Virus record (IMG/VR): IMGVR_UViG_3300050821_009856
Coordinates: 22,248-86,247 of that record
Reading direction: 5' to 3' (one strand)
From: a virus
DNA: 64,000 nucleotides
Program-made: the position numbers and the translations under genes
Shown here: piece by piece, positions 1-10,218 of the stretch
How positions within the stretch are numbered: the first letter of the stretch is position 1
How the letters are laid out: the number at the start of each line of letters is the position of its first letter
The notes under the pieces: generated by a model
What the model was told of the DNA's origin: nothing
Seen by the model: the letters and a program-made list of their open reading frames with translations, nothing else
The model's database searches: none

Positions 1-67
1 GGTCCCTCAACCCGAGCCGACGCCTGTTGCTGAAACCTCCGTCGCCGCTCCGGCGCAGGCGTAACGT

Positions 68-874
68 ATGACCGCCAAACGTAGCACCGAGAAGCGTCCC
101 GTTGTCGTAACACTCGACATCGAGACGGCCCCGCTTGAGGTCTACGTCTGGCGGATCTGGGAAGAGAATGTCGGCATCGACCAAATCAAAAAGGACTGGT
201 GCATCCTCTCTTTCGCCTACAAGTTTCTGGACGAGAAGAAGGTGTACTTCCATTGCACTGGTGGCCGCGGGCCCGACAAGGTTCGAGACGACAAGAAGCT
301 TGTAGAACTGCTCTGGGAGATCCTGGACAAAGCCGACGTGGTCGTCCTTCAAAACGGGAAGGCATTCGACATCAAGAAGATCAACGCCCGGATGGCCATG
401 TATGGGATGAAGCCGTACTCGCCCATCAAGGTCATTGACACGATGCTTATTGCCAAGAAGCAGTTTGGGTTCACCAGTAACAAGCTGGAGTTCTTGGCAC
501 GCATCTTGACCGACACTGGGAAGTCGAAGCACAAGAAGTTCCCCGGCTTCGAACTCTGGGAGGAGTGCCTGAAGGACAACCCGGAGGCTTGGATCGAGAT
601 GGAGAAATACAACAAGATCGACGTCGTGGCTGACGAGAAGGTCTACCTGCGGCTGCGTCCTTGGGTCGAGGGGCATCCAAACTTCGGTGTCTACTCCTCT
701 ACGGAAGAGGTGACGTGTCCGAAGTGTGGCAGCACACATCTACAGAAGCGCGGTAGCTCCTACACTCAGGTCGGTGAGTATCACAGGTTTCAGTGCCTGG
801 ACTGCCATGGCTGGGCCCGGAGCCGTTACGTCACCAACACCAAAGAGAAGCGTAAGGCGCTCCTTAGTAACTGA
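68..874 (+). CDS. RNase H-fold 3'-5' exonuclease (DnaQ/PolB-exo-like) with C-terminal Zn ribbon
   Basis: ExoI LDIET, ExoII NGKAFD, ExoIII YNKIDV; C-terminal CPKC...CLDC. Confidence 0.85.
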   Translation: MTAKRSTEKRPVVVTLDIETAPLEVYVWRIWEENVGIDQIKKDWCILSFAYKFLDEKKVYFHCTGGRGPDKVRDDKKLVELLWEILDKADVVVLQNGKAFDIKKINARMAMYGMKPYSPIKVIDTMLIAKKQFGFTSNKLEFLARILTDTGKSKHKKFPGFELWEECLKDNPEAWIEMEKYNKIDVVADEKVYLRLRPWVEGHPNFGVYSSTEEVTCPKCGSTHLQKRGSSYTQVGEYHRFQCLDCHGWARSRYVTNTKEKRKALLSN

Positions 875-877
875 ACC

Positions 878-1096
878 ATGACGGTCGAGGAGATTCGGCA
901 TCGACTCAGTACGGACGAAGACTTCATTCCCCTGAAGCGCTTCGACTATTCGATGCGGTGTCTGTTGGACCGATATCCCGATGGAGTCCCAGATCGGATC
1001 ATCGCTCAGAGCTTGTTGATTGATGATGAGCAGGTCGAGGTTCTCTACCAGGAAGTTGTGGCCAAACTTCGGACCAACATGAAGGTGGAGACGTGA
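878..1096 (+). CDS. hypothetical protein, possible HTH
   Basis: tightly packed in operon; C-terminal DRIIAQSLLIDDEQVEVLYQ resembles an HTH. Confidence 0.55.
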   Translation: MTVEEIRHRLSTDEDFIPLKRFDYSMRCLLDRYPDGVPDRIIAQSLLIDDEQVEVLYQEVVAKLRTNMKVET

Positions 1097-1284
1097 TCGC
1101 CAAAAAATCGCCACCGTGTCAGCACCTAGAGCTTCACTTTGAGCGTGGTGGCTTGTACGTCGTTTGCAGCAACAAAGAGTGTGGCGACATGTGGCGATCC
1201 GTCTTGAAACCCATGGGGATCGTTGTTAATCCGGCTGCCAGGTCTCAAGGATTGACCAACCTAGACGTGCGTCAGAAGCCTTAA
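1093..1284 (+). CDS. hypothetical Cys-containing protein
   Basis: GTGA overlap with the upstream stop; GGAG upstream. Confidence 0.5.
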   Translation: MIAKKSPPCQHLELHFERGGLYVVCSNKECGDMWRSVLKPMGIVVNPAARSQGLTNLDVRQKP

Positions 1285-1345
1285 TCTTCTCCTCCGTAGC
1301 ATCCCAGTCTGCTGTCAACCCTTGCTGTCGTTATAGTCCAGCCTG

Positions 1346-4300
1346 ATGCCATTTTTGAATTTTGCAACTCCTCATTGTCATGTGGATTCGCTAGACTCCG
1401 CATCAACCCCGAAAGCCTTCGCTCAGCGCGAGCTTGAACTGGAGACCGGGGCTCTCACCATCACAGATCACGGTACTCTGCAGTCTGTCCGGAAGGTCTA
1501 CGACTTAGTCAAGGACAAGAAGTCGCCTTACTTCGGGAAACTCACCCCTATCCTTGGTGTAGAGGGCTACTTCCGAGATGACAGCTGCCCTATTCTTGCC
1601 GCGGCGGGGGTACCCAAGAACGACAAGGGCACGTACGTCGACTTCTTCAAGTACGGACACCTGACTCTTCATGCTCTCGATGCCGATGGCTACGAGACGC
1701 TCTGCCGAGTTCTCTCCGATGCTGATGGCCACGCCGAGAAGCACGGCTCTGAACGCAAGCCCCTCTTCACCTGGAGGGACCTAGAGGAGCTTGGGGGCAA
1801 GAACATCACAGTAGGTAGTGGCTGCCTTATTGGCATGGTTCAGCGGTTCATCATGGCTCATGGGCGCTTCGACCTGGCCGAGGCCTACTACCGTCGACTC
1901 CGATCCACCTTCAAGCCTGGTAACTTCTTCGTAGAGGTCTTCCCGCACGTTTGCGACCGGAACTGGGACGAGACGGTCTTCGTGAAGTTCTCGGACGGTA
2001 GCACCGAGAAGTTCCCTATCTACAAGAACCTCAAGACTGACAAGAAGCCGACCGGCAAGAAGGGTGGTGAGGGATGGAAGGCCAAAGACTTGGCTGCCAA
2101 TTGGCATCGTAGTCCTGAAGGCCATGGCTGCCTTCGGGCTGTCATGCAGGATCGGAAGTGGGTTGAGTACGACTCGCCACGGCAGATCGTTGGCGTCGAG
2201 CACCTACAGGACTTCATCGTCAATGACTGCCAGCCCTGGGCGCCTGGTGGTGACCTGCAATACGGCTGCAACAAGGCGGTCATCGAGTTGGCCGCCAAGT
2301 ACGGCGACAAGATCCTCATCAGCGATGACAGCCATTTCGTCAGGCCTGATGAGAAAGTCATCCAGGACATCCGACTGCAGCAGAGCGGTAGCTGGCGATT
2401 CAGTAGCGCCCACTTTCGGTACAGCAGCGACGATGCCTGGCAGTACTTCCGTGACGTCCTCCAGGTCCCCGAGGCAACCTTCGAGTCGTGGATCGACAAC
2501 AGCAGAGAGTGGAGTCAGCGTTTCAAGGACTTCAAGTTCAAGGACCGGGCGAGCCTTCCCGTAAAGTTCTACCCAGCAGACAGCTGGCGTCACACGGCTC
2601 AGCTAGTACTTCGCCATGGGCGTATGCAGGTTGATCCGCCACATGTCGAGCGGTTTAAGTCGGAAATTGAACTGCTCCATAAGAACGGCACTATCGACTT
2701 GCTGCCGTACTTCTTCATCGATGAAGAGGCGGTCTACCAGTATGAACGCCGCGGCGAACTGACTGGCCCAGGCCGTGGGTCTGCCGCCGGCTTGTCTCTG
2801 ACGTATTTGATGGGCATCACGCATGCGGACCCGCTTCGATATGGTTTGAGTAAGGACCGATTCCTGACCCTCGACCGCATCCAATCAAAGAAGCTCCCCG
2901 ACATCGACCAAGACCTGCCTGAGCGCGAGAAGACTCTTCTGCCATGGCTAGAGAAGAGGTTCGCTGGCCACTACGCACAGATCAGCGTCGATACAACCCT
3001 AAAGCTCCGGTCGAGCGTCAAAGATGTTGCTCGGTGGAAGCGAGCCAAAGATGGGAAGAGCGGCTTTGTCCCTCCAGAGATTGAGAACCTGGCGAAGAAG
3101 TTCGAGGAGGCCCCTCAGGGGGTAACCGACTACGATTTCGTCTTCGGCTACAAAGGAGCTGATGGCTGGGTTCAGGGGAGCCTTGACCACGATCCGGCGT
3201 TGCAGCAATACATTGCCCTGTTCCCCGATGAGTGGGCTCTTGTTCAGAAGTGCCTGGGCCTGAGTCGTCAGAAGGGCAGGCACGCTAGCGCCTTCGTCAT
3301 CACCAACGAGCCCATCAAGAACTTCATCCCCCTGACGTCCGTCTCTGATGTAACTGTCACCCAGTTCACCGCCAACAGCGTCGAAGCGATGGGAGGTCTG
3401 AAGATGGACTTCTTGGTGGTGTCAGCCCTGAACGACATCGGGGCCTGCATTCGTTTGATTCAGAAGCGAAGCGCCGACCAGTCACAGCCCTGGTCGTCTG
3501 CCTACCAGCATTTCGATACGCCTTTCAATGACATCCCGGACGATTTTGTGCCACCGTCGATGACCATTGATGGACTCCGAGTTCCCCTGTTGAGGGTCGT
3601 GCCGTTCAAGGGCGGACACGTTGACATCTGGGACCTGCCAGAAATCCAGGCTGTCTTCAGGGAAATCTGTGAGCAGCGTACGGAAACGGTGTTTCAGTTC
3701 AATACCCCTGGGGCCAAGAAGTGGCTTCGGCACTTTGACTCAGTGAGCGGGGTCGAAGCAGATGGCACCGTTCACAAGGCTCTCGACAGCATTGAAGACC
3801 TGGCTGCCTTCACGGCCCTTGACCGGCCAGGGCCACTCGATGCAACGCCGACACCTGATACGACCCACAATATGCTCGTGGAGTTCGCCAATCGAGCCAA
3901 GGGGAAGCCAGCTGTAGGGGTTGTTCCTATGCTGATGCAGCTTATCAGCGAGACCCATGGTGTCATCACCTACCAGGAACAACTGACTCGCATCTTCAGG
4001 GAGACTGGCAAGTCGACGGCTATTGAGGCAGAGAACTTCCGGATCCACGTCAGCAAGAAGATGCCGATGGAGATTATCAAAGACAAGGCGATCTTCATGA
4101 AAGGGGCAGTCGAGACTGTTGGCCCCGAAGTCGCCGATCAGCTTTGGTCCATGATGGAGACTTTTGGCCAGTACGGATTCAACAAGAGCCACGCCGTCTG
4201 CTACGTCATCATCAGCTATGCCTGCGCCTGGCTGAAGCACCACTTCCCTCTGGAATGGTGGACGTCCGTTCTGACGAATGCAGATCGGAAGGAGATTGAA

Positions 4301-5236
4301 GAGAAGTTCTGGCCGTACTGCGGGCATCTCATCGATTCGCCGGACATTAACAATAGTGGTGACGGGTTCGAAATCCAGGGGACCAGGATTCGAGCACCCC
4401 TGAATCTCATCCAGGGGATCGGTCCCGCGGGTTCAGCAGAACTGAACGCCAATCGCCCTTACGCAAGCCTCCGCGAGTTCTGCGAGAAAATCGTAGCCCA
4501 GAAAAGGGCCACCAGCACTACGACCTTGGACCCAGAAAACGGGAAGTCGTCTGTGAAGGCTGGACGTTCGGCACTTCACCGCGGCATTGTCACCCGACTG
4601 ACTTGCTCCGGTGTCATGGATAGCTTGTTTGGTCCAGAGGTCCTAGACGAAGTTGGCCAGAAGTTAGAGGCCTATGAGCGGATCACCGCAGAGCTAGCGA
4701 AGAAGAGGAAGTGGCAGCCCGTTGACCCGTTCTACACGACGATGAACCCCATGCAGAGGTACCAGCTGAAGAAGTCCATCCTGTCAGCGTATGGCGCGGA
4801 TCTGATTCCGATGGCCCTCGACATGAAGGTAGAGGGGTTCAGGATGACGCCGACAGGATGTGAGTACGCCATCGACAAGGGGCGGATGGGAGTCATCCGG
4901 GCCCTCGACTTGGAAGTGCTCGGGCAACAGACCCTATTGCCGCCTGGTGGTCTGAAGTTCGTCGTCCTGGCCTATGTCAACGCCGATGTCCGACAAAAGT
5001 TTCAGGGCACCAAGGACATGGCGAAGCTAACCCTGGATGTTGAGGGCCATCGACAGGAGTTTGTTCAGTGGCCCCGCCGCGGCGAAGAGATCCTCCCGAT
5101 TGAATACCGTTCAGGGAGCCTCAAGGGTGCTGTGGTCGCCGCTATATTGACTCGGTGGAACTCGGAGAAGCCTTTTCAGATCTCCGGAATAGAGGTTCTC
5201 CAGCCACCGCTGAAGGACCTCAAGGAAGAGGAATGA
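1346..5236 (+). CDS. dnaE: DNA polymerase III alpha subunit (family C)
   Basis: PHP motifs HCH, TDHG, DDSH; GPGRGSAAG; catalytic PDIDQD; GRHAS; KMDFL; YGFNKSHA. Confidence 0.97.
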   Translation: MPFLNFATPHCHVDSLDSASTPKAFAQRELELETGALTITDHGTLQSVRKVYDLVKDKKSPYFGKLTPILGVEGYFRDDSCPILAAAGVPKNDKGTYVDFFKYGHLTLHALDADGYETLCRVLSDADGHAEKHGSERKPLFTWRDLEELGGKNITVGSGCLIGMVQRFIMAHGRFDLAEAYYRRLRSTFKPGNFFVEVFPHVCDRNWDETVFVKFSDGSTEKFPIYKNLKTDKKPTGKKGGEGWKAKDLAANWHRSPEGHGCLRAVMQDRKWVEYDSPRQIVGVEHLQDFIVNDCQPWAPGGDLQYGCNKAVIELAAKYGDKILISDDSHFVRPDEKVIQDIRLQQSGSWRFSSAHFRYSSDDAWQYFRDVLQVPEATFESWIDNSREWSQRFKDFKFKDRASLPVKFYPADSWRHTAQLVLRHGRMQVDPPHVERFKSEIELLHKNGTIDLLPYFFIDEEAVYQYERRGELTGPGRGSAAGLSLTYLMGITHADPLRYGLSKDRFLTLDRIQSKKLPDIDQDLPEREKTLLPWLEKRFAGHYAQISVDTTLKLRSSVKDVARWKRAKDGKSGFVPPEIENLAKKFEEAPQGVTDYDFVFGYKGADGWVQGSLDHDPALQQYIALFPDEWALVQKCLGLSRQKGRHASAFVITNEPIKNFIPLTSVSDVTVTQFTANSVEAMGGLKMDFLVVSALNDIGACIRLIQKRSADQSQPWSSAYQHFDTPFNDIPDDFVPPSMTIDGLRVPLLRVVPFKGGHVDIWDLPEIQAVFREICEQRTETVFQFNTPGAKKWLRHFDSVSGVEADGTVHKALDSIEDLAAFTALDRPGPLDATPTPDTTHNMLVEFANRAKGKPAVGVVPMLMQLISETHGVITYQEQLTRIFRETGKSTAIEAENFRIHVSKKMPMEIIKDKAIFMKGAVETVGPEVADQLWSMMETFGQYGFNKSHAVCYVIISYACAWLKHHFPLEWWTSVLTNADRKEIEEKFWPYCGHLIDSPDINNSGDGFEIQGTRIRAPLNLIQGIGPAGSAELNANRPYASLREFCEKIVAQKRATSTTTLDPENGKSSVKAGRSALHRGIVTRLTCSGVMDSLFGPEVLDEVGQKLEAYERITAELAKKRKWQPVDPFYTTMNPMQRYQLKKSILSAYGADLIPMALDMKVEGFRMTPTGCEYAIDKGRMGVIRALDLEVLGQQTLLPPGGLKFVVLAYVNADVRQKFQGTKDMAKLTLDVEGHRQEFVQWPRRGEEILPIEYRSGSLKGAVVAAILTRWNSEKPFQISGIEVLQPPLKDLKEEE

Positions 5237-6015
5237 AGATGGGCACACCGCTTGTGAATCTCCTGGAGGGCATCAAAGCGTCTCAGGCCGATGCCGATGT
5301 AGACATCGACCAATACCCGATGAAGTACCGACCCGCCAAGGCTATCGCCAAGGCCGACGGCGCTAAGTCGCTGGAGGCTTTCAAGAACGAGTACGCTCGG
5401 GAGTTCGGAAATCGGTCCGCAGTGATTCTCATCACCGGCAGTGCCGCTGCCCAGCAGGCGTTCATGGCCGTGGCCAAGGAGATCGGCGGCACCAACCTCC
5501 TGTCTGCCTCTGCTCTGGAGGCCTATAGAAAGATGGCTGACGATGTAGAGCCGACCATCGGCCGAGAGCGCGAGTTTGCCGGCACCCAGCTTGGGCATTT
5601 GCTTCGGTCTGTTGAGGCTGTTGGGAAGGAAGCTGGGTCGTCCTTCTTGAAGACTCCGACCCTCATCGACGGCGTCTTCATCGTCCGCACCTTCGACGAC
5701 CTGGTGACGGGCATCCGAGATCTGCTGCTCCCACAAGTCGGCGCCGTCCTCAACCGGGATTACCTGCAAACGGTCCTCCTTCGTCAAGCAATTGAGCAGG
5801 AGTTCTCTGCGTCGACAGCCGCTATCGTCGTCACTGACGCTTCACCGAAGGAAATCGAATTCTTCACTACCAACCTGTTCAACGGCGTCGGCATCGTCGT
5901 TGACTTGCCAGAAGACGTATCGAAGATTGACAACAAGTTCGTTGTTGCCACCTTTGATGCCCTGAGGGCAACCAAAAAGCAAGCCGACAACCTGCAGTTC
6001 AATTCCAGCCACTAA
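5233..6015 (+). CDS. hypothetical protein, possibly a degenerate dNMP-kinase fold
   Basis: ATGA overlap with the dnaE stop; VILITG without GKT; IVVTD..PKEIEF. Confidence 0.6.
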   Translation: MKMGTPLVNLLEGIKASQADADVDIDQYPMKYRPAKAIAKADGAKSLEAFKNEYAREFGNRSAVILITGSAAAQQAFMAVAKEIGGTNLLSASALEAYRKMADDVEPTIGREREFAGTQLGHLLRSVEAVGKEAGSSFLKTPTLIDGVFIVRTFDDLVTGIRDLLLPQVGAVLNRDYLQTVLLRQAIEQEFSASTAAIVVTDASPKEIEFFTTNLFNGVGIVVDLPEDVSKIDNKFVVATFDALRATKKQADNLQFNSSH

Positions 6016-6029
6016 CAAGAGGAAACACA

Positions 6030-7277
6030 ATGTCACTCCGCGATTCATTCGGTAAGCCCAAAGAGGGCGGCAAGTTCGAGATCATCACTGTTGGCGAAGG
6101 GGAGTCGAAAGTCTTCCGCTTCATGGCGCCGATGAAGTCTATGGCTCCCAAGGGTATCTGGGGTCGGTACATCAAGCAGCACTACGGCTACGGCGTCAAG
6201 GACAAGAAGAATCCTGATGGCAAGCTGCGGCTGCGCCCCTTCGAGTGTATCGAGGAGAAGGAAGAGTCTGGGCTCGTGACTACCAGCTGCCCTGAGGATC
6301 GGAACATCGAGAACCAGCGGCAGGCCGAGAAGGATGCCATTGCCGTCCGCACCGCGGATCTGCGCGCCAAAGGTGCCAGCAAGGCCGAGCTTGAGGCTGA
6401 AGAGGCGAACGTCCACAAGGCCTTCGCGGTGTGGTTCCGTGACCACAATCTCGACTGCAAGTGGTTCATCCCTGTCAAGACTGAGGACGGCAAGTTCGGA
6501 CTCCTCAAGATTCCACACAAGGGGAAGAAGGCCATTGACAAGGTCCGGACCAAGATGAAGAGTCAGAAGAAGCCCATCGAGATGTTGGACATCGACACCG
6601 GCTTCTGGGTTCGGGTCACTCGCACCGGCACCGGCCTTCAGACGGACTACGAGGCTGAGGTGGTGGTGGAGATGAAGACCCTGCCGAACGGCGAGGAGTA
6701 CCCGGTCACCAAGCTGGCCCCGCTCAGCGATGCTGACCTGGAGCAAGCTCTGGCTAGCATCCCCGACCTTGGAAGTTCACAGCTGGTCCGTCGTCTGACC
6801 AAGGACCAGATCCAGATGTTGGTGGACTCGAAGGGGAATCCGGATGTCGTCGAGACGGTGCTCAACATGAGCCAGAAGGTCAAGACGGCCGACACCGTGG
6901 TCGAAGAGGACGAGGCCGAGGCCGAGCCGATTGTTACTACTGGAACTGTGGCAACGACCAATCCGCCCCCGGTGCAGCTTACCGTTACCTTGCCGCCTTC
7001 GGTTCAGGTGACGCCGGCCGTGATGGTCGAACTGAAAGAGACCCACGCTACCGCAATGGCCGAGCTGGATGAAGAGGCCGAGCTGATGCGGAAGCTCCAA
7101 GAAACCCGGGCCAAGAAAGCCGCGGCAGCTGCCGCGACGACTTCGGCGCCGGTTCAACAGCCGGTTTCGAAACCGGCTACAGTCGTGAAGGCCGCAAACC
7201 CGCTGGATCCGTCGATGTCTGATGACGACTTCATGCGACTTTACGGCCCCGGCTCAACGGCTGCCTCAGCCCGATAG
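6030..7277 (+). CDS. putative single-stranded DNA-binding protein (gp32-like) with low-complexity C-terminal tail
   Basis: FRFM..HYGY..C..C..W, DIDTGFWVRVTRTGTGLQTDY; position beside the recombinase; Ala/Pro/acidic tail. Confidence 0.65.
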   Translation: MSLRDSFGKPKEGGKFEIITVGEGESKVFRFMAPMKSMAPKGIWGRYIKQHYGYGVKDKKNPDGKLRLRPFECIEEKEESGLVTTSCPEDRNIENQRQAEKDAIAVRTADLRAKGASKAELEAEEANVHKAFAVWFRDHNLDCKWFIPVKTEDGKFGLLKIPHKGKKAIDKVRTKMKSQKKPIEMLDIDTGFWVRVTRTGTGLQTDYEAEVVVEMKTLPNGEEYPVTKLAPLSDADLEQALASIPDLGSSQLVRRLTKDQIQMLVDSKGNPDVVETVLNMSQKVKTADTVVEEDEAEAEPIVTTGTVATTNPPPVQLTVTLPPSVQVTPAVMVELKETHATAMAELDEEAELMRKLQETRAKKAAAAAATTSAPVQQPVSKPATVVKAANPLDPSMSDDDFMRLYGPGSTAASAR

Positions 7278-7285
7278 AGGACTTC

Positions 7286-7310
7286 GGGGCCCGCAAGGGC
7301 CCCAAATTTT
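7286..7310 (+). terminator. intrinsic terminator-like hairpin
   Basis: GGGGCCC-GCAA-GGGCCCC followed by AAATTTT, just after the SSB stop. Confidence 0.7.
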
Positions 7311-7312
7311 CC

Positions 7313-7966
7313 ATGCAACTAGACATCCCGATTGTTCCGAAGGACGGTACGTCGGTCCTCAGCTTCAACATGGACCGCATCTACCAGGCTGAGCGTCGAA
7401 ACGACGAGATCGCCATCGCCAACGAGCACAAAGCTCCTGAGTTGATGGCCTTCTTTAACCGGGCGTACATCGACGCCACTGACTACAGTAACGCCCTGGC
7501 TGCGGAAGTGATGAGGGCTAAGAAGCTGGCCGAGAGACGGAAGTCGTCAGTCATTTTGGACGAGGTCCCACGGATCCTACGGGAGAAGGGGCTCGTTCCC
7601 GAGGGCAGCTCCAAAATCAGTGGAACGGTGCTTCAGCAGGAGGCCATCCTCACTCAGGACGTCGAGTACCAGGCTGCAGTCGACCTGGTGGACGGGTTGA
7701 ATCACTACAAGGACTTGATGGACAGGAAGATGAAGACCATCGAGAACATGTACCTGGGCGTCCGGAAGATGATCGGCGGCGACAGGATGCAGTGGGTAGG
7801 GCGTGGGACATCGGCAGGTGCGCCGGTGCTTGAAGACGAGACCTCCAAGTCGGTACGGGAACACGCCGCGGCTTGGGCTCCTAAAGGGGAGAGCGCTAGT
7901 CCGCTGCCGCCGCTACCGCCGCAACCTCGTACCCTGAGATCCTCCTTCGGATCTCCGCGGGACTAG
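7313..7966 (+). CDS. putative UvsY-like recombination mediator
   Basis: helical protein with QDVEYQ..Y..KMKTIEN; lies between SSB and the RecA-like gene. Confidence 0.5.
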   Translation: MQLDIPIVPKDGTSVLSFNMDRIYQAERRNDEIAIANEHKAPELMAFFNRAYIDATDYSNALAAEVMRAKKLAERRKSSVILDEVPRILREKGLVPEGSSKISGTVLQQEAILTQDVEYQAAVDLVDGLNHYKDLMDRKMKTIENMYLGVRKMIGGDRMQWVGRGTSAGAPVLEDETSKSVREHAAAWAPKGESASPLPPLPPQPRTLRSSFGSPRD

Positions 7967-7993
7967 CCCGCTATCTTCAGTTAGGAGAACAAC

Positions 7994-9127
7994 ATGGGTA
8001 AGACCAATTGGAAGTCCAAGCTGGCTACGCTTGAGGGGGCCGTTGACACCTCAGTGCAGCGGAACATCCACTCAACGGTCATCCAGACCGTGTCGCCAAG
8101 CATTAACTTCACCTATGGCCGCGGTTGGGGCTTGCCTAAGGGGTTCTCGCTCGTCCTGTACGGTCCTCCGAAGGCCGGCAAGTCTGTCCTTACGTACATG
8201 CACGCCGCCGGAGTTCAGCATGACTACCCCGAGGACTTCGTCCTCAAGTTCAACACCGAGTTCCGTGAAGAGGGACAGCTCGACGCGAAGGGGATGCAGA
8301 TCTTCGGCATCGACAAGGACCGGTACCAGGGCATCAATGTCAACAACCCAGGCCTGATTTACGATACCATCGAGCAGAAGGTTGCTGCCTGGTGCGCTGA
8401 CGGCATGAAGGTCGGCCTGATCATCATCGACAGCCTTAATGGTGTCCAGGGCCGGCGTGTCCAGGAATCCGTTATGGATCAGACCATCGGTGACGTGGCA
8501 CAGACCAACAAGGAAGGCCTCAAGCGCATCTTGCCGGTTCAACGCAAGTACGGCTTCAGCCTCATCTTGACGTCACACGTTGCTATCGAGATGGACCCCA
8601 TCGAGCAGAAGCGTGGCAACAAGTTCAAGATGGGGGCCAGCGTCGGCGTCCAGCACCACGGCGAGTACTTCATGTACGTTGAGTCGAGCAAGAACAAGGC
8701 TGACCTGGCAGACCTGCTTGGGAAAGAGTTCCGAGACGAGTCGACCAAGGATCTGTTCGGTGCCGACGGTAAGGGCGAGCAAACCGGATTCAAGATTCGT
8801 GCGACCATGAAGGAGTCCACCTTCGGGATCCGCGGTCGCACCGGTCAGTTCACCTGGGATTACGCCAAGGGTGTCATCAACCAGCATGAGGAGGTCTTCT
8901 TGCTGGCTACGCGCCGAAACATCATCGAGCGGCCAAACAACACCTCGTACATCTTCAAGGACCAGAAGTGGGTGGGCAAAGAGACGATGATTTCTGCCCT
9001 CAAGGACTCCACAGAGCTGCAGGGCGCCATCCTCAAGGAGCTACAGGATCGTGACCTCCAGGGTCGCTTGGTGGCCTACGACCAGGTTGAGGCAGCTGCA
9101 GCTGCCGACCCCGAGCTGGAGGAGTAA
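7994..9127 (+). CDS. RecA/UvsX-like recombinase
   Basis: Walker A GPPKAGKS, FNTE, Walker B IIIDS; AGGAG ribosome-binding site. Confidence 0.9.
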   Translation: MGKTNWKSKLATLEGAVDTSVQRNIHSTVIQTVSPSINFTYGRGWGLPKGFSLVLYGPPKAGKSVLTYMHAAGVQHDYPEDFVLKFNTEFREEGQLDAKGMQIFGIDKDRYQGINVNNPGLIYDTIEQKVAAWCADGMKVGLIIIDSLNGVQGRRVQESVMDQTIGDVAQTNKEGLKRILPVQRKYGFSLILTSHVAIEMDPIEQKRGNKFKMGASVGVQHHGEYFMYVESSKNKADLADLLGKEFRDESTKDLFGADGKGEQTGFKIRATMKESTFGIRGRTGQFTWDYAKGVINQHEEVFLLATRRNIIERPNNTSYIFKDQKWVGKETMISALKDSTELQGAILKELQDRDLQGRLVAYDQVEAAAAADPELEE

Positions 9128-10218
9128 TGCCAGGCCTCCAGCGTGGAGGCTGTCGTCCGGAAGCACTCCGAGAGTTCATCGAGTCGTCTGGTCTGAAGTT
9201 TCGTCCTGGCGCGAAATCCTGGATCTTCGAGTGTCCCAAGTGCGGTAAGAGGGACAAGCTCTACATCCGCAGGTCAGACGGCGCCTACATCTGCTGGTAC
9301 TGTGCAGAGACCATCGGCTACAAGGGTAGGAACCCGGAGTACGCACTCGCCGACCTGATGAACATCAGCGTTGCCGCCGTTAAAGAGAAGCTCTACGGCG
9401 TTAGTGCCCCAGAAGATGGCGGTACTCCGTGGGTGAACATCAAGCTCCAGGACTTCTACGCTGAGATAGATGAGCTAGACGAGGACCTGGAAATCTTTCA
9501 GATGCAGGAGCGGCTCTGGCCGCCCGATTACTACGACCTTGGTCAGGCCTGGAGTCAGCCCGGTCGCCAGTATTTGCTTGGCCGCGGCATCGATGACGAC
9601 CTGATTCGGTACTACCACCTGCGATACGACCCGAGCCGAGAGCGTGTCATCTTCCCGGTTGAATATCAGGGGAAGCTCTACGGTTGGCAAGCCCGTTACA
9701 TCAAGCCTGACTCGGGTGTGAACCCGGAGACAGGAGTCGAGTGGCGGATCCCCAAGATTCTTACAAGTGACCCGTTCGAGCGCGAGAAGATCGTCATGTT
9801 CGCCGATCAGCTAGATGGGGCCAAGCAAGCAATCATCTGCGAGGGTCCAGTCGATGCCATCAAGTGCCATGCCTGCCACCCTGAAGGGCAGCCAGGTGGC
9901 AACGTCGTCACCATGGGGAAGGCCGTGTCGACACGTCAGATAGCCTTCATCCGGAATGCCGGCATCCATCAGATCTACCTGGGGCTCGATCCTGATGCGG
10001 CCCAGGAAATTCCGCGGCTGGTTCAAGCCTTCCCTGACTGCAAGCTGTTCCTGATGCGCCCATCCAAAGGGGCTAAGGCGCCAGACGGGAAGCCGGCCAA
10101 GGACCTCGGAGACCTAGACCTGGAGACTGCTCGCGGTGCCTGGTTGAGTGCCGAGCCGATCCGCCCCGGGATGATTTTCGTTTACCTGGACCCGGGTGGC
10201 ATCCCCCGTTGGCGATGA
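9127..10218 (+). CDS. DNA primase (Zn finger + TOPRIM)
   Basis: CPKC...CWYC; YL..RGI; RVIFP; GWQAR; ICEGPVDA; LGLDPD; KDLGD. Confidence 0.9.
   Translation: MPGLQRGGCRPEALREFIESSGLKFRPGAKSWIFECPKCGKRDKLYIRRSDGAYICWYCAETIGYKGRNPEYALADLMNISVAAVKEKLYGVSAPEDGGTPWVNIKLQDFYAEIDELDEDLEIFQMQERLWPPDYYDLGQAWSQPGRQYLLGRGIDDDLIRYYHLRYDPSRERVIFPVEYQGKLYGWQARYIKPDSGVNPETGVEWRIPKILTSDPFEREKIVMFADQLDGAKQAIICEGPVDAIKCHACHPEGQPGGNVVTMGKAVSTRQIAFIRNAGIHQIYLGLDPDAAQEIPRLVQAFPDCKLFLMRPSKGAKAPDGKPAKDLGDLDLETARGAWLSAEPIRPGMIFVYLDPGGIPRWR

Noticed and set aside
1346-5236. Intein or intron in DnaE
   Set aside because: There are insertions, but no C/S...HN-C/S/T intein ends or LAGLIDADG motifs were seen, and the ORF is continuous.
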